Shown: positions 20,114 to 27,893, counted from the stretch's first letter. The stretch: DNA of 32,000 bases from Pseudidiomarina andamanensis (GCF_009734345.1 NZ_CP032551.1:1320001-1352000), one strand, 5' to 3'. Numbers and translations: made by a program. Notes: generated from the letters alone by a model not told the origin.

Positions 20114-21285
20114 CTCGGTTGATAACACTGATTTTTATCGTTGTGGTTTCTTCAATGAGCGCTGCTCATTCGAATGAACTTTTGGTTGAGAAAAAATCAT
20201 TTACGACAAAAGATTTTGCCACGGTTAGCGGTGAGGTTATTCCTGAAGTCACGGTTGGCTGGGAAGCCTACGGCAAACTCAACGAGGCGAAAGATAACGT
20301 AATTCTGATTACTCATTTTTTCTCGGGTAACAGTCATGCCGCTGGTAAATATACTCCTAACGATCCACAGTCTGGTTATTGGGACGCGATTATTGGACCT
20401 GGTAAAGCCATCGACACCAATAAATATTATGTGGTTAGCTCCGATACTTTGGTGAATGCGTTTCCGCATTTACCTCATGTTATTACCACCGGCCCTGCCT
20501 CAATCAACCCGAAAACAGGTAAGCCATACGGGTTAGATTTCCCGGTTGTGACCATTCGCGACTTTGTGAATGTTCAACATGCACTGCTCACCAGTTTAGG
20601 CATTGAAAAGCTGCATGCGGTGGTCGGCGCTTCGATGGGCTCACTGCAAGCACTTGAATGGTCAGCTGCGTATCCAGACATGGTTGAACGGATGATTTCT
20701 GTGATTGGCGCTGGTGCAATGGATGCTTGGACGATTACCGCATTGGAGCATTGGGCTCGCCCAATCAAACTCGACCCGAACTGGAATAACGGTAACTATT
20801 ATGCAGGAGAAGCACCGCTACAAGGCTTAGCTAATACATTAACCATGATCACCCAGCAAGCCATGCATCCAGTTGCCTTCAACCAGTCATCGCCGAAGCA
20901 AGAGTCACTTCCGAAAGCAGCCCTTGAAAGTGTGACTAATGGTTTGCCAGCCACTGATTTCTGGTTTGGTGCCGCCGCTAAGAACGCGCCACTCGCAGAT
21001 GCCAATCATATTCTCTATTTAGTGAGAGCCAACCAGCTATTTGTGGCGGGTCACGAACAAGATCTCGCAACTGGTTTAAGCAAAGTAAGTGCCAAAACAT
21101 TGTTTTTACCAGCCAAGAATGACTTGTTACTGCAACCTTATTTAGCGAAGCAAGTGGTAGACATCCTCAAAGAACAAGGTAAATCACCGCAGTATGCCGA
21201 AATCGACGGTATTTTTGGTCACTTAGATGGTGTTTACAATATTCAGTCAAAGGCTGCCGAAATTTCTGAGTTTCTTAATAACTAA
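20110..21285 (+). CDS. MetX (homoserine O-acetyltransferase)-family alpha/beta hydrolase with an N-terminal Sec signal peptide
   Basis: 391 aa. Signal-peptide-like N-terminus [23 protein letters not shown]. MetX-type block ITHFFSGNSHAAG...YWDAIIGPGKAIDTNKYYVVSSD, nucleophile elbow GASMGS, and candidate Asp (PAKNDLL) and His (FGHLDG). The ATG overlaps the ligase stop (ATGA, 20110-20113). Confidence 0.75.
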   Translation: MTRLITLIFIVVVSSMSAAHSNELLVEKKSFTTKDFATVSGEVIPEVTVGWEAYGKLNEAKDNVILITHFFSGNSHAAGKYTPNDPQSGYWDAIIGPGKAIDTNKYYVVSSDTLVNAFPHLPHVITTGPASINPKTGKPYGLDFPVVTIRDFVNVQHALLTSLGIEKLHAVVGASMGSLQALEWSAAYPDMVERMISVIGAGAMDAWTITALEHWARPIKLDPNWNNGNYYAGEAPLQGLANTLTMITQQAMHPVAFNQSSPKQESLPKAALESVTNGLPATDFWFGAAAKNAPLADANHILYLVRANQLFVAGHEQDLATGLSKVSAKTLFLPAKNDLLLQPYLAKQVVDILKEQGKSPQYAEIDGIFGHLDGVYNIQSKAAEISEFLNN

Positions 21286-21307
21286 GTTGCGATACTAAAG
21301 GCAGATC

Positions 21308-21342
21308 AAAAAACACCGGCTGCTGCCGGTGTTTTTTCTTTT
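21308..21342. terminator. bidirectional rho-independent terminator between the hydrolase gene and the convergent AsmA-like gene
   Basis: AAAAAACACCGGC - TGCT - GCCGGTGTTTTTT. The GC-rich stem 21314-21320/21325-21331 is flanked by a six-A run on one side and a six-T run on the other, so it reads as a terminator on both strands. Confidence 0.85.
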
Positions 21343-21348
21343 GTGAAT

Positions 21349-23133
21349 CTAACCGCCTATTACGCCTTTTAAACGGTCTTTCAGTTTATCTTCTAACTTA
21401 CTTTCGAACTTCGCTTTGAGCATTTCCTGTAACTTGGCATCACGCTGGTCGGCATCACCAAGCAACGAAGATAAGTTTTCTAATACATCTTGGTTCTCAC
21501 CAAGGAAGCCACCTGATTGCTCTTGTAACTTGGTTTTTAACCCTGCTAATTCAGCTTTGCCTGCATCAACAGCAGCGGCTTGCAAGGCACTGCCTAATTG
21601 ACGATCAAGATCAGAGCTAAAGGACAGCTTTGGTGCATTAAGTGAGCCTTGAATATCGGCGTTAATGTCCAATCGGTTTAATTGACGAAGTGCCGACGCA
21701 ATGACTTCGGTCCAGCGGTTTTGTGCGCTCGCTTCAACTTGCATATCGGCTAAGCGAACAGTTGCGCCACCATCAAACATATTATCGCGCAACGACACCT
21801 GCCCCTCGGAATCCAGCAATGCCGCAGCTAAGTTAGCTACAAACTCGGCTTGCTCACTCAATTTCAGGCTATCGAGTTGGATGCCTTTGATTTGCCACTG
21901 TTGTTTCGCGTCAATACCTGCGGCTGTTAGCGCCAGCTCGCCATTTAGGTTCAATGCTTGCCACAAATTCGTGTTATTGGCGCGAGCCATGAAGGTGGTT
22001 GGCTGTCCGAGTTGTTCATGTTGATGGGTAATATTCGCCCAATCAACATCCAACACAGTTTCACCCCAAGCAAATTCAGTTTTCGCTTTCTTAATCAAAA
22101 ACGACGGCGGCTCATTGGCATCGCTAAACTCAAACCAAATACCTTCGCCACGCTGCGGCTTCACCAGCGTTTCATCTGCAGAGCGAGCCAACATCGGCGC
22201 CAGTTGTTCATACGCCAATAATATGTACTGACTCCATTGACGCATTTGTTCACCAAACAACACCGCGGTGATTTCACTTAATCCTTCACTATTTAATTGC
22301 ATGAGCTGTTGTGCACGCTCTAAATCCTGTTGAGGCGCATTTTTGACAGTTTCAAAATCAGCTTTTAGCGTATCAACTGCCGTTGACGCGCGTGCTTTGA
22401 TCTCTTTCAAGCGCGCTCTATCCGCTTCAAACTTCTCTTTCAGCGCGTTAAATTCTTCCCGCTTTTCTTGCAACTGTTGCGGTGTTTTTATTTCCGCTTC
22501 GGTTATTTTTTTGAGTTCGGCCTCATAGACTTTCAAATCGTCAGCGGTTGGCAGGCTATTTCGCGCCTCTTCCAATACTGCTTTTTGCTCAGCCACGCTG
22601 GCTTTAGCCTGCTCAATAGCCGCTGGGGTTTGCAAATTAACACGGGCAATAATGTCATCAACGTTTGGCATAGATAAGTTTAACTTCGCTAAACCATCTT
22701 TGGTCCAATCTTTAAGATCTTGCTTATCAGGAATTTGATAAACCTCACCCGGTGCAGAGCGCTGTTGATGAATGCGGATACCGCTGCTGACAACATTTTC
22801 AAAATGGAATCGGCCAAGTAATAACTGTTCGACGTTAATTTCACCAGTAACATCACCAATCACTACCCGATTAAATTCAGGTTCAGCCGGATCAGTCACC
22901 TGAATTTCGGTAATGGTTAGACCAAGCGGGCTCCAGTTATGCTCCACTTGACTGATATTTACTTCTGCACCATTTAATGTGCCGATGGTGCGCTCCAAGG
23001 TCCATTTGATAATGGTATCGAGCAACAACCACGAAAACGCCATTAATAGCGCGCAGATAATAATAAAGGCACTTAACCCAGACCAGCGTATCGCACTTGG
23101 ACGAACGGTGGCTTTCTGTGTTTTTGTAGACAT
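21349..23133 (-). CDS. AsmA-like envelope protein with a central coiled coil (TIGR03545-like conserved hypothetical)
   Basis: 594 aa with an N-terminal TM anchor (LSAFIIICALLMAFSWLLL) and an AsmA/TamB-like beta-rich N-terminal segment. A heptad-rich charged stretch of roughly 120 aa follows (about residues 170-290, nt about 22266-22626). The C-terminus is AsmA-C-like (IQGSLNAPKLSFSSDLDRQLG). The family name is recalled, not searched. Confidence 0.62.
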   Translation of the reverse strand: MSTKTQKATVRPSAIRWSGLSAFIIICALLMAFSWLLLDTIIKWTLERTIGTLNGAEVNISQVEHNWSPLGLTITEIQVTDPAEPEFNRVVIGDVTGEINVEQLLLGRFHFENVVSSGIRIHQQRSAPGEVYQIPDKQDLKDWTKDGLAKLNLSMPNVDDIIARVNLQTPAAIEQAKASVAEQKAVLEEARNSLPTADDLKVYEAELKKITEAEIKTPQQLQEKREEFNALKEKFEADRARLKEIKARASTAVDTLKADFETVKNAPQQDLERAQQLMQLNSEGLSEITAVLFGEQMRQWSQYILLAYEQLAPMLARSADETLVKPQRGEGIWFEFSDANEPPSFLIKKAKTEFAWGETVLDVDWANITHQHEQLGQPTTFMARANNTNLWQALNLNGELALTAAGIDAKQQWQIKGIQLDSLKLSEQAEFVANLAAALLDSEGQVSLRDNMFDGGATVRLADMQVEASAQNRWTEVIASALRQLNRLDINADIQGSLNAPKLSFSSDLDRQLGSALQAAAVDAGKAELAGLKTKLQEQSGGFLGENQDVLENLSSLLGDADQRDAKLQEMLKAKFESKLEDKLKDRLKGVIGG

Positions 23134-23139
23134 ACCGGC

Positions 23140-23646
23140 TTACCCCCGCAAATCTGAGTAAATAGCCCAAAAACGATTCGCTTTCAGCATTTGTACCAAC
23201 TTCAATTTATTGAACCAAGTTTGGATACGCGAACGATACTGGGTAATGATAAAAAAGCTCGTAATTAGCAAAACTGGCGCAAAGGCGAGACTAATAATGA
23301 AGCTGCCTAAGGTGATACTGTGATGGAACTGCATTACGCGCCAAAACGCTGATTGATACATCGATTGCCACAACGGTTGCCAGTTCTCGCTAGAGAGCAG
23401 ATAAAAGCCGAACTGGTGGAACCAAGGATCCAGCAAATAGGCAATTCCAGAACAAATGACAAAACTCAAAATGAATCCGGTTAGATTAATGCGAAATAAC
23501 AAAGCGATAAGCAATATCGCCAAATTATGCATACGCCAAAGTGGCGTAAAACCCATCATCATTCCGAGGACAAAGGCAAAGGCGAGTGCCCATGCTCCGG
23601 ACTCAGAGTTGAGCGCCTTTAAAAATTTTGCCAGTAATGTAAGCAT
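23140..23646 (-). CDS. small 4-TM membrane protein (TIGR03546 / DUF2062-like), partner of the downstream AsmA-like gene
   Basis: 168 aa with about four hydrophobic helices. GGAG RBS. Its stop lies 6 nt before the start of the 594-aa gene. The family name is recalled, not searched. Confidence 0.58.
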   Translation of the reverse strand: MLTLLAKFLKALNSESGAWALAFAFVLGMMMGFTPLWRMHNLAILLIALLFRINLTGFILSFVICSGIAYLLDPWFHQFGFYLLSSENWQPLWQSMYQSAFWRVMQFHHSITLGSFIISLAFAPVLLITSFFIITQYRSRIQTWFNKLKLVQMLKANRFWAIYSDLRG

Positions 23647-23831
23647 AACGACGTACTCCGAACTATATTTGTAAGCACAAGAATAGCTTACCTAAATACA
23701 TTCGGCTATTTTTCAACGTCTTTTTTACAAAAAAAGTGATATAAAAAATTACAAAAATATATCTCATAAACCTATTGTAATTTGCTCAAAATAGGCATAA
23801 AAATGCGCGGCAATTTCGCTCTGGAGCCACT

Positions 23832-25295
23832 ATGCAAAACGCAGCTTTGATCATTCTTGACGACATCACCGATTGGCAGCCCTATTACCCTAGCCAAGCC
23901 ACGGTTACCGCAAGTGAATACTTACTACAATCGAGTAGCAAAAGTCGTACGCAAATTTTAAATTTGTGCGGTGATTTAAGTTATTTGTCGACGGGTTATT
24001 ACGTCAGTTTGTTAGCTGAAGCGCGAGGCCAACGTGTGCTGCCGTCTGTCACAACAATTAACGATTTAGCGAACTTCAGTCACTATCAGTTGTTGCTGGC
24101 GAATACCGATAAACAACTCAATAAGTTTTTGGCGAACGCTGACAAGTCGCTGCCAGTGCGCATCCTCATTTGTTTTGGGCAAACTGAAGAGCCTCTATTA
24201 AGTAATTTTGCGCGCCAAATGTTTGATCGCTACCCATGTCCGATTATGTGGGTAGAATTCAGCTATCAAGGCCGTTGGTTCATTAATCAATTGATTGCCG
24301 GTGCACTTCCTGACTTATCCGATACACAACAAACATTCTTTGGTGATGCGCTTGATAGTTTCAGTAAGCGTGTTTGGCGTAAGGCACGAGCGCCGAAGGA
24401 ATATCGCTACGATTTAGCAATTTTGCATGACCCTGAAGAGCCCATTCCAACTAGTGACAAGAAGGCACTCCAGCGGTTTATTAAGGCTGCCAAAGAGGCT
24501 GACATTGATGCAGAATTAATTACTGCCGATGACTACAACCGCTTGTTAGAATTTGATGCACTTTTTATTCGTGAAACCACGCGTATCAACCACTACACCT
24601 ATCATTTCGCTAAAAAAGCCGAAGCGAATGGCATGGTGGTGATTGATGCACCGCATTCAATTTTGCAGTGCGCAAATAAAGTCTTCTTGAAAGAATTGCT
24701 CGATAAGCACGGTATTCCGACTCCGCGTACTGAGTTATTACTCAGTCAGCAAGAGATTGATTATGGCAGGATTGGTAAACGCCTCGGCTACCCTGTTGTA
24801 TTAAAGATTCCAGATGGCTCATTTTCAATTGGTGTAGAAAAAGCGGAATCGGAAGAAGAGTTGAAAAAAGTTGCGGCAGAGCTATTCAATAAATCGACTA
24901 TTTTATTGGCTCAGGAATTTGTTAAAACCGATTTCGACTGGCGTATTGGTATTTTAAATAACCGGCCCATTTACGCATGCAAATATTTCATGGCACGTAA
25001 CCATTGGCAGATTTATAATCACGCGAGTGCGACCAGTCGCGCGAAGTCTGGTGGCTTTGAAACGGTTGGTGTGCATCAGGTACCGAAAGATGTGGTTAAA
25101 ACAGCCTTGCAGGCAACACGGCTGATTGGTGATGGATTGTATGGCGTCGATATGAAAGTAACCGACAAAGGCCCAGTCATTATCGAAATCAATGATAATC
25201 CGTCGATTGATTCAGGCGTTGAAGATTTACTCCTAGGCGACGAGCTTTACCACATTATTATGCGTGATTTTGCCCGCCGATTGGATGAAAAATAA
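23832..25295 (+). CDS. RimK-type ATP-grasp ligase with a roughly 190-aa N-terminal extension (RLAN-like domain)
   Basis: 487 aa. The C-terminal roughly 290 aa carry ATP-grasp motifs (YPVVLKIPDGSFSIGV, LAQEFV, DWRIGILN, GVDMKV..VIIEINDNPS). The N-terminal domain has no ATP-grasp features. GGAG RBS 6 nt upstream. Confidence 0.85.
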   Translation: MQNAALIILDDITDWQPYYPSQATVTASEYLLQSSSKSRTQILNLCGDLSYLSTGYYVSLLAEARGQRVLPSVTTINDLANFSHYQLLLANTDKQLNKFLANADKSLPVRILICFGQTEEPLLSNFARQMFDRYPCPIMWVEFSYQGRWFINQLIAGALPDLSDTQQTFFGDALDSFSKRVWRKARAPKEYRYDLAILHDPEEPIPTSDKKALQRFIKAAKEADIDAELITADDYNRLLEFDALFIRETTRINHYTYHFAKKAEANGMVVIDAPHSILQCANKVFLKELLDKHGIPTPRTELLLSQQEIDYGRIGKRLGYPVVLKIPDGSFSIGVEKAESEEELKKVAAELFNKSTILLAQEFVKTDFDWRIGILNNRPIYACKYFMARNHWQIYNHASATSRAKSGGFETVGVHQVPKDVVKTALQATRLIGDGLYGVDMKVTDKGPVIIEINDNPSIDSGVEDLLLGDELYHIIMRDFARRLDEK

Positions 25296-25786
25296 TGAGC
25301 GATTCGGGCCCACGTTGGCACATTCATGCGGCGACGTTAGATGATGTTAACAGTCTTGTTGCGCTTGAAGAGCGCTGCTTTGATTACAGTCGCATGGGTG
25401 CTCGAAGCTTTCGGCGCTTGCTGACTGGTACAAGTGCTCATATCTACGTCTGTAACAACGAGAGTGGTGAGTTAGCCGGCTACTATTTACTACTTACTCG
25501 CAAGAATAGCCTTCGTTGGCGGCTCTATTCTATTGCAATAGCGCCGGAAGCTCGTGGAACAGGACTTGGTCGTATGCTGTTAGAGCACTCTATTCATACT
25601 GCGCAAAAACACGGTGCGATTAGTCTTGGGTTGGAAGTAAAAGTGGATAATAGTGCAGCGATTCGACTATACGAGAAGTTGAACTTTGCCGTCATCGATC
25701 TGCTACCGGGATATTATGACGATGGCACAGACGGTTATCGAATGCGCGTGAGTTTTACCGGTTCTACAAATCAGGAAAATCGGTAA
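25295..25786 (+). CDS. GNAT-family N-acetyltransferase (RimI-like)
   Basis: 163 aa with acetyl-CoA-binding motif A (IAIAPEARGTGLGRMLL), then LEVKVDNSAAIRLYEKLNF and the YY..G.DGYRM tail typical of RimI-like GNATs. Its start overlaps the upstream stop (TAATG). Confidence 0.88.
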   Translation: MSDSGPRWHIHAATLDDVNSLVALEERCFDYSRMGARSFRRLLTGTSAHIYVCNNESGELAGYYLLLTRKNSLRWRLYSIAIAPEARGTGLGRMLLEHSIHTAQKHGAISLGLEVKVDNSAAIRLYEKLNFAVIDLLPGYYDDGTDGYRMRVSFTGSTNQENR

Positions 25787-26828
25787 AAAATCCATCAACA
25801 CCCAAATTGGTTAACCATTGTTTGAGTTGCTGATAACTTTCAATTCCTTCAGGCAAATCGTCAGCGCGCAGGGTATAAATATGAACCTTTAGCCCTGCCT
25901 TTTGCGCATGTTGCACAACATCTGAAAACTTAGGTTTGCCTTGTTCATCAAGCCCTACATAAATGTGATTGATCCATATACCAACGCCATCGGCATAACT
26001 TCTTAGCGTCTCTAATCCGGCCGCAGTGAGCATCGTGTTGTAGTCAATATCACTTTCGTTCCAGCTATTCTCGGCAACCAACTGAATGAGCGGTAACGTG
26101 GTCATAAACTCACGATTCAAGCGGCGTAAAACTTCCGGGTCAAAGCTTTGCAGATAAATCGGCGCTGGCGGCACCACATCATTAAAACCATAGCGCGCCA
26201 ATACTCCCAGCGTTGCTTGTACCACATCGTAATTTTGGTCTTTGTGCCAACGCGCGGCTTTAAACTCCACGTAGAGCCCGGTATTCATGTTACGCGTTCG
26301 GTTTAACCCAAGAATCAATTCAATTTGCTGCGCCAGCGACATGATTCGAAAGTCACCGCTCGCCATTGAAAAACGTTGCGGGTAGCGTTGCTCACCATCC
26401 TTGTTCTTGCGCTCGGTGAGCTTTAACTTCTGAAGCTCGGCAAAGGTAAAATCAACGACATAATAGTGGCCGTTTGGACGATGCTTTTCTGGATAGACTT
26501 CTTTAACGTTGGTGACTTTATCTAAAATGATATCGTGCAATACAACGGGAATATGGTCACGTGTTAACACCACATCTTGCTCGATGTAATTCGCGTTTTG
26601 GGCGTGTGCTAAGGCAACAGCGACGGCTGAATGTTCGGGTGCATACCCCGAGGCTCCGCGGTGCGCAATAATGAGCGGCGACTTGACTGGGTCTTCTGTT
26701 GTAATCGCACCGCTAAGGGGTTGCTCGAGCGCTTCTTTTGGCTTTGTTAGTTCTTGTTGTGCCCAACTCACTGAGCACAACAACCCACCGAAGATAACTA
26801 AAACGCCAAAGCTCGAGCTAATTTTCAT
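25764..26828 (-). CDS. glpQ: periplasmic glycerophosphodiester phosphodiesterase
   Basis: Collinear with E. coli GlpQ as recalled (IIAHRGASGYAPEHS, YIEQDVVLT.D..VVLHD, DFTFAELQ, FTDFPD) and has a signal peptide. I prefer the ATG at 26828 (MKISSS..), which forms an ATGA overlap with the upstream stop. The track ORF begins at 26843. Confidence 0.93.
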   Translation of the reverse strand: MKISSSFGVLVIFGGLLCSVSWAQQELTKPKEALEQPLSGAITTEDPVKSPLIIAHRGASGYAPEHSAVAVALAHAQNANYIEQDVVLTRDHIPVVLHDIILDKVTNVKEVYPEKHRPNGHYYVVDFTFAELQKLKLTERKNKDGEQRYPQRFSMASGDFRIMSLAQQIELILGLNRTRNMNTGLYVEFKAARWHKDQNYDVVQATLGVLARYGFNDVVPPAPIYLQSFDPEVLRRLNREFMTTLPLIQLVAENSWNESDIDYNTMLTAAGLETLRSYADGVGIWINHIYVGLDEQGKPKFSDVVQHAQKAGLKVHIYTLRADDLPEGIESYQQLKQWLTNLGVDGFFTDFPDL

Positions 26829-27868
26829 GAGACGCGATACCAAACCTTGTCGCCTTGATGCTGATAGCGACGGACTAAATCAGCGATGTTTTCTGGCTCG
26901 GTACGAACACCACGCTGCTTCAAATAATCCTCGTTATAAAGTTTGCTAGCAGAGCGCTCTCCAAGATCACAAGCGAACGTCACAATTGATTTGCCGGGAC
27001 CATGCAATACTGCTGCTTGCAATGCGCCAGCCACATTTAGACATGAGCTACTCCCAAGCACCAAACCTTCATGCTCCACTAAATACCGCGATAACGTGAC
27101 CAGATCATCATCTGGTAAGTTTACAGCCGCATCAATGCGAGCCTGTTTAAAATTCTCTACCAAACGCATAATGCCAATGCCTTCGGTAAATGAACTACCC
27201 TGGCTCACATATTCACCGGTTTTCAAATAACTGTAGATGCCAGAACCGTCCGGATCAGCAAGCCATATTTGAATACCAGGGTTACGCTCTTTCAGGTACA
27301 TGGAATTACCCGCAATAGTGCCGCCTGTACCCGCCGCAGAAACTAAAATATCAACCTTGCCATTAGTTTGTTGCCAAATTTCAGGGCCGGTTGTGAGATA
27401 GTGCGCACGCGCGTTGCTGGTATTCTCGAATTGGTTTGCCCACCAATAATCGTCATTCTGCTCGGCTAATCGTCGGGCTGTATGATAAAAGTGGTTCTCG
27501 TTTTTAAACGGAACAGGGTCAACGGTTTTTAGCTGCGCGCCGTGAAGCGTGATCATGCGCTCTTTTTCTTTACTTTGATCATTCGGCATAACAGCTAACA
27601 TATTTAAACCGAACGACCGTGCGACCACAGCTAAACCAATACCGGTATTACCTGCTGTACCCTCAACAATGGTCATGCCTGGTTTCAGCTCGCCTTTGTC
27701 CATGGCATCTTTGATCATCTGTAGTGCCGCGCGATCTTTAATCGAGCCGCCAGGATTCTGTGATTCTAATTTCACCCAAATATCACAACCAGTTAACTCT
27801 GATAGTGAATTTAATCGCAATAAATCTGTTTGTCCGATTAGTTCTGCAGAACGCTTAGCAACTTGCAT
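26825..27868 (-). CDS. PLP-dependent cysteine synthase family protein (CysK/CBS-like)
   Basis: 347 aa with the PLP-lysine motif NPGGSIKDRAAL, TAGNTGIGLA, substrate loop FENTSNARAHYLTTGPEIW and the GTGGT phosphate-binding loop. The exact reaction is not assignable. Confidence 0.88.
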   Translation of the reverse strand: MQVAKRSAELIGQTDLLRLNSLSELTGCDIWVKLESQNPGGSIKDRAALQMIKDAMDKGELKPGMTIVEGTAGNTGIGLAVVARSFGLNMLAVMPNDQSKEKERMITLHGAQLKTVDPVPFKNENHFYHTARRLAEQNDDYWWANQFENTSNARAHYLTTGPEIWQQTNGKVDILVSAAGTGGTIAGNSMYLKERNPGIQIWLADPDGSGIYSYLKTGEYVSQGSSFTEGIGIMRLVENFKQARIDAAVNLPDDDLVTLSRYLVEHEGLVLGSSSCLNVAGALQAAVLHGPGKSIVTFACDLGERSASKLYNEDYLKQRGVRTEPENIADLVRRYQHQGDKVWYRVS

Positions 27869-27893
27869 GACGACTCCTTCTACAATAATTCAC

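Noticed and set aside
25316-25331. TGGCAC-N5-TGCG inside the GNAT gene, considered as a possible sigma-54 promoter.
   Set aside because: The GC of the -12 element is one base out of register. The motif lies inside a coding region with no downstream gene to serve.
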